A stretch of 64,000 nucleotides of DNA from Halorutilales archaeon Cl-col2-1 (GTDB lineage: Archaea; Halobacteriota; Halobacteria; Halobacteriales; Afararchaeaceae): the NCBI GenBank assembly GCA_041891055.1, contig CP169074.1, positions 128,001-192,000 on the forward strand, in the 5' to 3' direction. Below are positions 50,487 through 60,028 of this stretch, in pieces. How positions within the stretch are numbered: position 1 is the stretch's first letter; each line of letters opens with the position of its first letter. Under the pieces are notes generated by a model that did not search any database, had not been told where the DNA came from, and worked only from the letters and a program-made list of their open reading frames with translations. The position numbers and the translations under genes are program-made.

Positions 50487-51702
50487 AGGAATCACGAGTG
50501 ACAGTAACGGTACGGACACACGAGGGGGTCGGGAGGATACAGACACCGACTCGATAGAGATAGGTAAGACAGTATTAGAACTTGACGGCGTCCACAAAGA
50601 GTACGGGGACACAGTAGCCGTCGACAGCCTGACTCTCTCGGTACACGAGGGCGAACTCCTCACACTCGTGGGACCGAGTGGCGGAGGAAAGACGACCACA
50701 CTGCGTCTCATAGCAGGCTTAGAGGAGCCAGACTCGGGCGAGGTGCGTGCGGGCGGCGAGGTCGTAGCCAATCCCGTGAAAGGTATCTTCGCGGAGCCCG
50801 ACGAGAGAGAGGTTGGGATAGTTTTCCAGGACTTCGCCCTCTTCCCACACATGACAGCGGAAGAGAACATAGAGTTCGGTCTAGATGGATTCTCCGACGA
50901 CGAGAAGAAGGAGAAAGTCGACAGAATGCTCGAACTCGTGGGTCTCGAAGACGAGAGACACAGTACCCCGGACGAGCTATCGGGAGGTCAGAAACAACGT
51001 ATCGCACTCGCAAGGTCGCTTGCCCCCGAGCCCGACATACTCCTCCTAGACGAACCCTTCTCGAACCTTGACGTCGGACTCAGGGTCGAGATGCGTGAGG
51101 AGGTCAGGAGGATTCTGAAGGAGGCGGGCGTCACGGGGATATCGGTGACACACGACCAGGAAGAGGCACTCTCGATAAGCGACAGGATAGGCGTGATGGA
51201 GGAAGGAGACATAGCACAGGTCGGACGTCCTGAGGAGGTCTTCCAGAATCCCGAGTCGAGGTTCGTCGCGGGGTTTTTAGGACACGCTAGCTTCGTCTCC
51301 GGGACTGTCGGGAAGGAGGCGGTATCGACACAGATAGGCGAGATAGACTTAGACGTGATAGAGGGTCTGACCTCGGAGTACGAGGGAGCCGAGGTCGATG
51401 TCCTCGTACGTCCCGACGACGTGATGGCGGTCAAACCCGACTCGGATACGGACACCGACTCTGACAAGAGTCCCCACGGGGAGGTAGTATACAGACAGTA
51501 CAACGGCCCTACCTTTATATATAGGGTCGAACTCGAAAACGGAGACAAGATACGGTGTATGCACAACCACGCCGACGACTTCGACCTCGGAAGTGAGGTC
51601 GACATAAAGCTGATCTCCGACCATCCCCTGACGTGGTATCCGCAGGACGAAGACGGTGACGGAGACCGGGACGACTCCTGGAGAGATACCAACCCTAAAT
51701 AG
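50476..51702 (+). CDS. ABC transporter ATP-binding protein (FbpC/PotA type, with TOBE domain)
   Basis: GPSGGGKTT, VFQDFALFPH, LSGGQKQR, LLLDEPFSNLD, VTHDQEEA. Confidence 0.92.
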   Translation: MSNKGITSDSNGTDTRGGREDTDTDSIEIGKTVLELDGVHKEYGDTVAVDSLTLSVHEGELLTLVGPSGGGKTTTLRLIAGLEEPDSGEVRAGGEVVANPVKGIFAEPDEREVGIVFQDFALFPHMTAEENIEFGLDGFSDDEKKEKVDRMLELVGLEDERHSTPDELSGGQKQRIALARSLAPEPDILLLDEPFSNLDVGLRVEMREEVRRILKEAGVTGISVTHDQEEALSISDRIGVMEEGDIAQVGRPEEVFQNPESRFVAGFLGHASFVSGTVGKEAVSTQIGEIDLDVIEGLTSEYEGAEVDVLVRPDDVMAVKPDSDTDTDSDKSPHGEVVYRQYNGPTFIYRVELENGDKIRCMHNHADDFDLGSEVDIKLISDHPLTWYPQDEDGDGDRDDSWRDTNPK

Positions 51703-51771
51703 ACAGGGCAGAAAGTATATCAGTCCTCCGGAACTAATATAACGTAGTTAAGGTGTTTTAAGGAGATAACT

Positions 51772-53748
51772 ATGAGCGACACTTATCACGATGAAGGAGA
51801 TGAAGGAGGTGGAAACGAGACCGAGGTGGTCGAGACTCCCGACTCAGTTGACGAGGACGGGTCTGATGACGACCTCCTCGGGGGTCTCGACATAGATACC
51901 ACCGAGGACATAGAAGTCCCTGACAGCCTCATAGAACAGGTCATAGGACAGGATCACGCCGTCGAGGTCGTAAAGAAGGCGGCTGAACAGAAGAGACATG
52001 TGATGATGATCGGGTCGCCGGGTACGGGTAAGAGTATGCTCGCGAAGGCGATGACCGAAATTCTCCCGAAGGAAGACCTCCAGGACGTTCTCGTCTACCA
52101 GAATCCCGAGGACGAGAACAACCCCAAGATAAGGACTGTCCCTGCCGGAAAGGGCAAGGAGATAGTCGAGGCTCACCAGGAGGAGGCGAACAAGCGTGAT
52201 CAGATGAAGACGATACTGATGTGGATTATACTCATCGGTGTCGTCGGCTACTCGCTCCTCGCGGGACAGATACTCCTCGGGATACTCGCCGCGGGTGTGA
52301 TATTCCTCGCCTTCCGTTACGGACAGCGCGACTCCGACGCCGTAATACCCGAGCTTCTCGTCGACAACTCCGAGAGAGCGAAGGCTCCCTTCGAGGACGC
52401 AACGGGAGCACACGCTGGTGCCCTCCTCGGAGACGTCAGACACGACCCGTTCCAGAGCGGTGGACTCGGAACTCCCGCACACAACCGTGTCGAGGCGGGC
52501 GCGATACACGAGTCGAACAAGGGCGTCCTCTTCATAGACGAGATCAACACACTCGACGTCCGTAACCAGCAGAAGCTGATGACCGCGATACAGGAGGGCG
52601 AGTTCTCGATCACGGGACAGAGCGAACGCTCAAGCGGTGCTATGGTTCAGACCGACCCCGTGCCGTGTGACTTCGTGATGGTCGCGGCGGGTAACATGGA
52701 CGCGATGGAGAACATGCATCCCGCTCTCCGCTCACGTATCAAGGGATACGGATACGAGGTTCACATGGAGGACACCATAGAGGACACACACGAGATGCGC
52801 CGCAAGTTCGCGCGTTTCGTCGCTCAGGAGGTCGACAAGGACGGCGAGATACCCGACTTCGAGAGGGAAGCCGTCGAGGAGATTGTCAGAGAGGCACAGA
52901 GACGCGCGGGGCGTAAGGATCACCTCACTCTCAAGCTAAGGGATCTCGGAGGTCTCGTCCGTGCGGCGGGGGACATAGCCAACGAGGAAGGCGCAGAACT
53001 CGTGACGACCGACCACGTCCTCGAAGCCAAGAAGAGGGCGAGGTCGATAGAACAGCAGGTCTCCGACCAGTACATAGAGAGGAAGAAGGATTACGAGATG
53101 ACCGTGAGTGAGGGCGATATGGTCGGACGTGTCAACGGACTCGCAGTCATGGGAGATGACTCGGGAATAGTCAAGCCCATAATGGCGGAAGTCACCCAGG
53201 GACAGGGTGAGGTCATCGCAACCGGTAAGCTCCAGGAGATCGCACAGGAGAGTGTCCAGAACGTGAGCGCTATAATCAAGAAGTTCACGGGGAAGGACAT
53301 CAGTCAGATGGACGTCCACATACAGTTCGTCCAGTCGTACCAGGGGGTCGAGGGCGACTCAGCGAGTGTGACAGTCGCCACCGCCGTCATAAGCGCGCTC
53401 GAAGACGTTGAGGTCGACCAGAACGTCGCTATGACGGGTTCACTCAGCGTCCGTGGAGACGTCTTACCCGTCGGAGGAGTGACCTACAAGATAGAGGCGG
53501 CGGCGAAAGCCGGAATCGAGAAGGTTCTGATACCCAAGGCGAACGAACAGGACGTCATGATAGAGGACGAGTACAAGGACATGGTTGAGATAGTCCCCGT
53601 CGAGAACCTGTCGGAGGTGCTCGACCACGCACTCGTAGAGAAGGACGGCAGAAAGAAGAGCCTCCTCGACAAGCTCAAGTCGATTGCGACCGACGCGAGC
53701 GAGACCCTCGAAAACCAGAAGGGTCAGGGACAGCCCAGTCCTCAGTAA
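51772..53748 (+). CDS. lonB: Archaeal membrane-bound Lon protease
   Basis: GSPGTGKS, two TM segments, DVRHDPFQSGG, FIDEI, VEGDSAS, PVGGVTYKIEAA. Confidence 0.96.
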   Translation: MSDTYHDEGDEGGGNETEVVETPDSVDEDGSDDDLLGGLDIDTTEDIEVPDSLIEQVIGQDHAVEVVKKAAEQKRHVMMIGSPGTGKSMLAKAMTEILPKEDLQDVLVYQNPEDENNPKIRTVPAGKGKEIVEAHQEEANKRDQMKTILMWIILIGVVGYSLLAGQILLGILAAGVIFLAFRYGQRDSDAVIPELLVDNSERAKAPFEDATGAHAGALLGDVRHDPFQSGGLGTPAHNRVEAGAIHESNKGVLFIDEINTLDVRNQQKLMTAIQEGEFSITGQSERSSGAMVQTDPVPCDFVMVAAGNMDAMENMHPALRSRIKGYGYEVHMEDTIEDTHEMRRKFARFVAQEVDKDGEIPDFEREAVEEIVREAQRRAGRKDHLTLKLRDLGGLVRAAGDIANEEGAELVTTDHVLEAKKRARSIEQQVSDQYIERKKDYEMTVSEGDMVGRVNGLAVMGDDSGIVKPIMAEVTQGQGEVIATGKLQEIAQESVQNVSAIIKKFTGKDISQMDVHIQFVQSYQGVEGDSASVTVATAVISALEDVEVDQNVAMTGSLSVRGDVLPVGGVTYKIEAAAKAGIEKVLIPKANEQDVMIEDEYKDMVEIVPVENLSEVLDHALVEKDGRKKSLLDKLKSIATDASETLENQKGQGQPSPQ

Positions 53749-53783
53749 AGTAGAGTAAGGTCTTCTTTTCGTCTTTCTTCTAT

Positions 53784-54044
53784 CTAGTATCCGTGTTCTT
53801 CCTGTAGATGGTTGAGAAGTCTGTCGACTGCCATCATCCTCATCTCGTTGTCGAACTTCTGAGCCTCCTCCTCGCCACCGAGACCTCCGGGCTCTATGAC
53901 GGCGGTCTCGCCACAGTCTGGACAGTCAAACTCGTATCCACCGCCGTCGTCTCCTGCCCTCTCCGAGAGGAAATCGTGCTCTTCTAAGAGATGTCTGTGT
54001 ACCCTCATACGTATGGCTTCGAGGTCACAGTAAGGACATTCCAT
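53784..54044 (-). CDS. Small Zn-finger-like protein
   Basis: CPYC...HLLEEH and CPDC...HLQEEH. Confidence 0.7.
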   Translation of the reverse strand: MECPYCDLEAIRMRVHRHLLEEHDFLSERAGDDGGGYEFDCPDCGETAVIEPGGLGGEEEAQKFDNEMRMMAVDRLLNHLQEEHGY

Positions 54045-54116
54045 AAATCGGAATAGTCGGCGAGGCTTAAGTCACCATCGCATCTCCGGAGTCTATACTA
54101 TGTTGACTGTTTGAGT

Positions 54117-54192
54117 GTCCGCAAAACCGAAGGTTTTGGGCCGTTCGCAAATCTTCGATTTACGAGTCCGCAAAATCAGAGATTTTGGGCCG
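54117..54192. repeat. Hairpin cluster with 49-bp periodicity abutting the tRNA-Pro 3' end
   Basis: gtccgcaaaa...ttttgggccg occurs twice (54117-54143, 54166-54192); 54141-54166 matches 1989-2014 at 25/26 positions. Confidence 0.75.
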
Positions 54193-54258
54193 GCGCGGAT
54201 TCGAACCGCGGTCTATGCCACCCGAAGGCACAAGGATGCCAAGCTACCCTACCGGCCC
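54186..54258 (-). tRNA. tRNA-Pro (anticodon CGG)
   Basis: Acceptor stem gggccgg/ccggccc; anticodon arm gtgcc-ttCGGgt-ggcat; T-arm cgcggttcgaatccgcg. Confidence 0.95.
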
Positions 54259-54278
54259 GCGTACTTAGATAGGAGAGG

Positions 54279-54887
54279 CTACAAGTCAGTCTTTCGGTAT
54301 GCTAAGCTGACGCCGTAGAGTGCTATGCCGCCGGCTACGACTGCGACGACCCCGACTAAGGCTCCCGAGACAGGGTCGAGAAGGGCTGAGACCGCATAGG
54401 AGACGACAGCCGCGACTAAAAGTATGACAACACCTATTCCGGCTAGGAGGCTCCTGAGACGGTAGCCGTCTTCGGGCTTATCTTGCCTGCGTGGCTCTGT
54501 GTCGTCCGCCTCGACTTCGGGCTGTGGCTGTGAGAGCGACTCGTCGACGTCGACAGTGTTCTCGTCCTCCTCTGGTTCGATCGAGACGGGGACATATGTC
54601 GTCTCCGAGCCGTACCCCGTAGTTATCTCTAGTTCGCCACGTACGTCGGGGGTCTCTGGGTCGCAGTCGACGACAGCCTCAAACTCCTGGGAGTCCTCGA
54701 CGTAGAGGTTGGGGTTACCTATCGAGACATACGGAGCGAGACTGTCGTCGGTGTTTATGTAGACGTGGGACGGTGACCCCTCGTTCTGTATACGTATCAC
54801 GAAGTTACCGTCAACTGTGAGGCTCCTCGGATCGACATCTACCGTGTTAACTCCGTTTGCGTTTAGTATGACTCTGAGGGTCTTCAC
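54279..54887 (-). CDS. Hypothetical protein with beta-rich N-terminal domain and C-terminal TM pair
   Basis: NEGSPSHV, GELEITTGYGS; two C-terminal hydrophobic helices. Confidence 0.75.
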   Translation of the reverse strand: MKTLRVILNANGVNTVDVDPRSLTVDGNFVIRIQNEGSPSHVYINTDDSLAPYVSIGNPNLYVEDSQEFEAVVDCDPETPDVRGELEITTGYGSETTYVPVSIEPEEDENTVDVDESLSQPQPEVEADDTEPRRQDKPEDGYRLRSLLAGIGVVILLVAAVVSYAVSALLDPVSGALVGVVAVVAGGIALYGVSLAYRKTDL

Positions 54888-54934
54888 TGTATTGAGTTAA
54901 GACGAGCCCAGTATTAAATTAAGGTTTCGGGGAG

Positions 54935-55984
54935 TCACCGCATCTTGTATCTCAAGAGAGCCGCGACTCCTCCGAGGTTGTCGAGTCGCTTTCCGGGCTC
55001 GAACTCACTTGAAAAGACGGTTACATCACCGCCTTTCTGTTCGGTCTGTCTTATGAGAGGGTCGATCTCTTCCCTCCTGTGTCTCAGAACATCGTCGACA
55101 ACCAGGAGTGTCTCGACAGCACCGTAGTCGATCGCCTTCTTAACCTCATCTAAGCCGTACGCCGCGGCTCCGTCGGTCGATACGCGCTCCATGAGTTCGT
55201 CTATGAGACGTGACTCGCGGGATATACGCGCCTCCTCTGCGACCTTCTCGACGGTGCCCCTCTTGAGTACCTCATGTACACCGCGCGCACCGACGCTCGC
55301 GACGTCCTCTGTGACTATCTTCTCGGCTATCTCGGGATCGTTCTCCTCAATATAGTCGAGTGCGTCCTTCTTGGTGAATCCGGGACCTGCGAGTATCACG
55401 GCGTCCGCCTCCGCCGCAGTCGTCTTGAGAGCCGAGAGTAGCTCGCCGAAGAGCTCCTGTCGCGGACGTGCGTCCTCGCCCTTACCTGTCGTCGAGGTTA
55501 CAGTCGCACGCTCCTCTATGCCGTACTCCTCGACGGTGTGTATGTGTGCCTCGCCCTCCTCGACAGTGACGACGACGACGTCCGACTCGACAGTCTCCTC
55601 TGCCTCTTCGAGACGCTGAAGCTGGTCGGGCTTCCACGTCTTAGTTATCTCCATCTCCTTGTTTATCTCGACGTTGAGTGTATGGTGACTCCCTATCTCC
55701 CTCTCCTTCGGACACGACTCTATCACGCCCGATACGCGGAGACGGTTCGAGAAACGGTGGAACTCGACGTCCTCAACCTTGAGGTCGACGTGCATAGTCT
55801 CTCTTGTCCCCGTGTCGGCACGTGTCGTCTCGTCAATGCGTTCGATACGTCTCTCGGTCAGACCCGAGACAGTGTCGCCGTCCTCGACTATGTACTTTAG
55901 GTGCCACAGGTCGTCGACCGTCTCGGGCACGAGAGTCACAGTGCCGTAGCCGTCGTCTCCGATATTCCTCTCCTGTACGTTCAT
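54935..55984 (-). CDS. pelA: Ribosome rescue factor Pelota
   Basis: PETVDDLWHL, RLRVSG, GSHHTLNV, AGPGFTK, LGGVAALLRY. Confidence 0.95.
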   Translation of the reverse strand: MNVQERNIGDDGYGTVTLVPETVDDLWHLKYIVEDGDTVSGLTERRIERIDETTRADTGTRETMHVDLKVEDVEFHRFSNRLRVSGVIESCPKEREIGSHHTLNVEINKEMEITKTWKPDQLQRLEEAEETVESDVVVVTVEEGEAHIHTVEEYGIEERATVTSTTGKGEDARPRQELFGELLSALKTTAAEADAVILAGPGFTKKDALDYIEENDPEIAEKIVTEDVASVGARGVHEVLKRGTVEKVAEEARISRESRLIDELMERVSTDGAAAYGLDEVKKAIDYGAVETLLVVDDVLRHRREEIDPLIRQTEQKGGDVTVFSSEFEPGKRLDNLGGVAALLRYKMR

Positions 55985-55996
55985 CTCCCGGCTACT

Positions 55997-56461
55997 CTAG
56001 TTTATCCCGACTACTTCTACCTCGAAGACTAGGTCCTCGCCCGCTAGCTCGTGGTTGAAGTCGACCACGACAGTGTCGTCGTCGACCTCTATGACGTCTC
56101 CGTGTGCTCCGCCCTGAGCGTGGACGTGCATTCCGACTTCAGGCTCTGCGCCGTCAAGCATCTCCTGGAAGTCTTCGTAGTCGTACTCGACTACCATCTC
56201 GTCGTCGTACTCTCCGTATCCCTTCTCGGGCGGTACGTCTATCTCCTTCGTCTCTCCTTCCTCCATTCCGACGACACCCTCGTCGAATCCCTGTATCATC
56301 TCGTCGGCTCCAACCTCGAACTCGAGAGGCTCGTAGTCACGTCTCTCGTCGAAGACTCCGTTGTCCCTCGCGGTCTCCTCGTCGGAGGTGTCGAATACCT
56401 CTCCGTCTGTCTTTCTTCCCGTGTACTCGACTCTGATCGTGTCTCCTGCTTCAACTGCCAT
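55997..56461 (-). CDS. FKBP-type peptidyl-prolyl isomerase (SlyD-like)
   Basis: YTG...FDTS, MIQGFDEG, PPEKGYG, VDFNHELAG. Confidence 0.93.
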   Translation of the reverse strand: MAVEAGDTIRVEYTGRKTDGEVFDTSDEETARDNGVFDERRDYEPLEFEVGADEMIQGFDEGVVGMEEGETKEIDVPPEKGYGEYDDEMVVEYDYEDFQEMLDGAEPEVGMHVHAQGGAHGDVIEVDDDTVVVDFNHELAGEDLVFEVEVVGIN

Positions 56462-56533
56462 GTTACGTCTTTGGGACGCTACGTGTAAAAGCCACCGAAG
56501 GTTTATGCCGAGAAAGACACCCTATATATCCGC

Positions 56534-58219
56534 ATGAAAAAGATAAGGAGCCAGGAAGTCACCGAGGGAGCTGAGAGAGCGCCTCACCGCGCTATGTTCC
56601 ACGCGATGGGGTACACCGACGAGGATCTCGAAGAGCCACTGATAGGCGTCGCGAATCCCGCGGCGGAGGTCACGCCGTGTAACGTACATCTCGACGAGAT
56701 ATCCCAGTACGCTAAGGACGGTATTGAGGAAGCCGAAGGAACACCGATAGAGTTCGGGACGATCACCGTGAGCGACGCTATCTCGATGGGTACTGAGGGG
56801 ATGAAGGCGTCCCTCATATCTCGTGAGGTCATCGCCGACTCGGTCGAACTCGTGACGTTCGCCGAGAGACTCGACGGACTCGTGACTGTCGCAGGCTGTG
56901 ACAAGAACCTCCCGGGTATGATGATGGCGGCGGCGCGTCTCGACCTCCCGACTGTCTTCGTCTACGGCGGCACTATTCTCCCGGGCAAGTACCACGGTGA
57001 GGACGTGACTATACAGGACGTCTTCGAGGGCGTCGGCGAGTACTCCGAGGGCGACATAACCGAGGAAGAGCTCGAGGAGTTAGAGGACGTCGCGTGTCCC
57101 GGACCCGGATCGTGCGCGGGTATGTATACCGCAAACACGATGGCTTCGATAAGCGAGGCACTCGGACTCGCTCTCCCTGGCTCCGCTACGCCGCCCGCCG
57201 AGACAGACGAGAGGGAAGACACAGCCTTCGACTCGGGCGAAGCAGTCATGAGGGTTTTAGAGGAAGACATACGTCCCTCCGACCTCCTGACACGCAAGGC
57301 GTTCGAGAACGCGATAGCTCTACAGGCAGCGATAGGCGGGTCGACGAACGCCGTCCTCCATATCTTAGCGATAGCCGAGGAGGCAGGCGTAGACCTCGAG
57401 ATAGACGACTTCGACAGGATATCGCGGAGGGTTCCACATATCTGTAACCTCAAGCCCGGCGGCAGCCACGTCATGGCTGACCTCCACAGAAACGGCGGAA
57501 TACCCGTCGTCCTCAAACGTCTCCTCGATGACGGTCTGATACACGGCGACGTCATGACTGTCACGGGACAGACTCTCGAAGAGAACTTAGAGGAGATGGA
57601 TCTCCCCGATCCGAGTCCGAGCGTCGTGCGTCCGCTCGACGACCCGATACACGACGAGGGCGCGATAGTCATACTCAAGGGCAACATAGCTCCCGAGGGT
57701 GCGGTGCTCAAGGTCACGGGAGACGACGACTTCGTATTCGAGGGTACAGCGAGGGTCTTCGACCACGAGGAGGAGGCGTTCTACGCGGTCGAGAACGGCG
57801 AGATAGACTCGGGCGACGTAATTCTCATAAGGTACGAGGGGCCAAAGGGAGGACCCGGAATGAGGGAGATGCTGGGTGTGACCGCCGCAGTCGTCGGACA
57901 GGGTCACGAGGACGACGTCGCATTACTCACCGACGGACGTTTCTCGGGTGCTACACGTGGACCCATGATAGGACACATAGCTCCCGAGGCTTACGTCGGC
58001 GGTCCACTCGCCGCGGTACGTGACGGCGACACGGTGGAGATCGACATACCCGAGAGAAGGCTCGACGTCGACCTCTCGGACGACGAGATAGAAGACAGAC
58101 TCGAAGACTGGGAACAGCCCGATCCCAACTACACCTCGGGCGTCTTAGCGAAGTACGGCGACTCCTTCAGTTCGGCGGCACTCGGTGCTGTGACGAATCC
58201 GGGAGTCCGCGACGATTAA
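56534..58219 (+). CDS. ilvD: Dihydroxy-acid dehydratase
   Basis: [49 protein letters not shown]. Confidence 0.97.
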   Translation: MKKIRSQEVTEGAERAPHRAMFHAMGYTDEDLEEPLIGVANPAAEVTPCNVHLDEISQYAKDGIEEAEGTPIEFGTITVSDAISMGTEGMKASLISREVIADSVELVTFAERLDGLVTVAGCDKNLPGMMMAAARLDLPTVFVYGGTILPGKYHGEDVTIQDVFEGVGEYSEGDITEEELEELEDVACPGPGSCAGMYTANTMASISEALGLALPGSATPPAETDEREDTAFDSGEAVMRVLEEDIRPSDLLTRKAFENAIALQAAIGGSTNAVLHILAIAEEAGVDLEIDDFDRISRRVPHICNLKPGGSHVMADLHRNGGIPVVLKRLLDDGLIHGDVMTVTGQTLEENLEEMDLPDPSPSVVRPLDDPIHDEGAIVILKGNIAPEGAVLKVTGDDDFVFEGTARVFDHEEEAFYAVENGEIDSGDVILIRYEGPKGGPGMREMLGVTAAVVGQGHEDDVALLTDGRFSGATRGPMIGHIAPEAYVGGPLAAVRDGDTVEIDIPERRLDVDLSDDEIEDRLEDWEQPDPNYTSGVLAKYGDSFSSAALGAVTNPGVRDD

Positions 58220-58279
58220 TCCTTCTCAGACTCAGTTTATTCCGGACACGGTTTAAACACCTTTCACGTAACCTACTGT

Positions 58280-60028
58280 ATGTTCACCCAGTTCAGGAAA
58301 CAGGTCGAGGAGTCTCTCTCCGAATCCCTCGACTCAGCGGGCTACTCGACCGAAGATCTGAGTCTCGAAAAGCCACCAGAGGATGTCGACGCGGGACTCG
58401 CCTCCGCAGTCGCTTTCTCTCTCGCTGGCGACGAGAATCCCGCCGAGGTCGCACACGAGATCGCGGCGAACCTACATATAGGCGAGTACGGTCTGATAGG
58501 CGGCGCGTCGGTAAAAGGACCTTACATCAACTTCTCCGTCAGCGACGACTACCTCGAAAGGACGGTCGAAGAGGCGACCTCCGACGACTACCCGGCTCTC
58601 CCCGACAAGGACGAGAAGATCATACTCGAACACACCTCGGCGAACCCCACAGGACCTCTCCACGTCGGAAGGGCGCGTAATCCCATAATCGGAGACTCGA
58701 TAGCGCGTCTCTTACGGAAGGCGGGCTACGACTTAGACGTCGAGTACTACGTCAACGACATGGGAAGACAGGTCGCGACGATAGCGTGGGCTTACGACAG
58801 GATAGACGAGTCAGAGCTTCCCGAGAAGGAACGTGACAAGCCCGACCACGACATAGTGAGGTACTACCGGAAGGCAAACGAGATACTTGAAGCCGAAGCC
58901 GAGGGCGAAGTAGAGTACAATCCCAACGGCGAGACGACCGCCGAGGACGAGATAGACGAACTCCTCTCAGAGCTCGAAAACGGCAACGAGGACGCCCTCG
59001 AACTCGTTGAGGAGGCTGTCGAGTACTGCTTGGAAGGACAGAGACAGAGCCTCGAACGTATAGGGGCGTCGTACGACAGATTCGTCCACGAGAGTCAGTT
59101 TGTCCTTGAGGGCGATGTCGACGACGTGAGCAAGAGGCTCAAGGAAGACGAGAGGAGCTACGAGGAGGAAGACGCACGTAAGATCGACCTCTCCGACTTC
59201 GACATAGACAAGGAGCTCGTCTTCGAGAGGAGTGACGGCACATCGCTCTACACGACACGTGACATCGCATACCACATCGACAAGTTCGAGAGATCCGACG
59301 ACGCCGTCAACGTTCTCGGTGAGGATCACAAGCTCCAGGCGGAACAGCTCGGAGCGGCGTTAGAGATACTCGGCGAGGACAGGAAGCCGAGAAACGTCTT
59401 CTACTCGTACGTCAGTCTCCCCGAGGGCAAGATGAGCACACGTGAGGGTACAGTCGTCAACATGGACGACCTCCTCGACGAGGCGGTCGAACGCGCCAAG
59501 GACGAGATACAGGAGAGATCCGACGAGAGGAGACGTGACGTCAAGGAGCTCGACGAGACCGCCGAGAAGATCGGCATAGGCGCGGTGCGTTTCGACATAG
59601 TCGGACGTCAGGCTCAGAAGCCGATCACCTTCAGATGGGAGGACGCTCTCAACTTCGAGGGTCAGCACGCTCCTTACATACAGTACGTCCACGCGAGGGC
59701 GTCGGGGATACTCGAACAGGCAGACGCCGATCCCGAGGTAGACCTGGACGTCGATCTCCTCGAAGACGACGAGGAACGCGCACTCATAGAGAAGATAGGA
59801 GAGCTATCCGACGTCGTCGAGAACTCCGCCGAGAGCCTCGAGCCACACAGGATAGCGACCTACTCGCGCGAGTTAGCCGAAGCCTTCAACGAGTTCTACC
59901 GAGAGTGCCGTGTCTTAGACGTCGAAGACGACCTCAAGAAGGCGCGCCTGGGTCTCGTCCTCGCCTCGAAGAACGCGATAAGTAACTCGCTCGATCTCAT
60001 AGGAGTCGAGGCACCGGAGGCGATGTGA
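58280..60028 (+). CDS. argS: Arginine--tRNA ligase
   Basis: EHTSANPTGPLHVGRAR, YTTRDIAYH, KMSTREG, PYIQYVHAR, C-terminal APEAM. Confidence 0.96.
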   Translation: MFTQFRKQVEESLSESLDSAGYSTEDLSLEKPPEDVDAGLASAVAFSLAGDENPAEVAHEIAANLHIGEYGLIGGASVKGPYINFSVSDDYLERTVEEATSDDYPALPDKDEKIILEHTSANPTGPLHVGRARNPIIGDSIARLLRKAGYDLDVEYYVNDMGRQVATIAWAYDRIDESELPEKERDKPDHDIVRYYRKANEILEAEAEGEVEYNPNGETTAEDEIDELLSELENGNEDALELVEEAVEYCLEGQRQSLERIGASYDRFVHESQFVLEGDVDDVSKRLKEDERSYEEEDARKIDLSDFDIDKELVFERSDGTSLYTTRDIAYHIDKFERSDDAVNVLGEDHKLQAEQLGAALEILGEDRKPRNVFYSYVSLPEGKMSTREGTVVNMDDLLDEAVERAKDEIQERSDERRRDVKELDETAEKIGIGAVRFDIVGRQAQKPITFRWEDALNFEGQHAPYIQYVHARASGILEQADADPEVDLDVDLLEDDEERALIEKIGELSDVVENSAESLEPHRIATYSRELAEAFNEFYRECRVLDVEDDLKKARLGLVLASKNAISNSLDLIGVEAPEAM

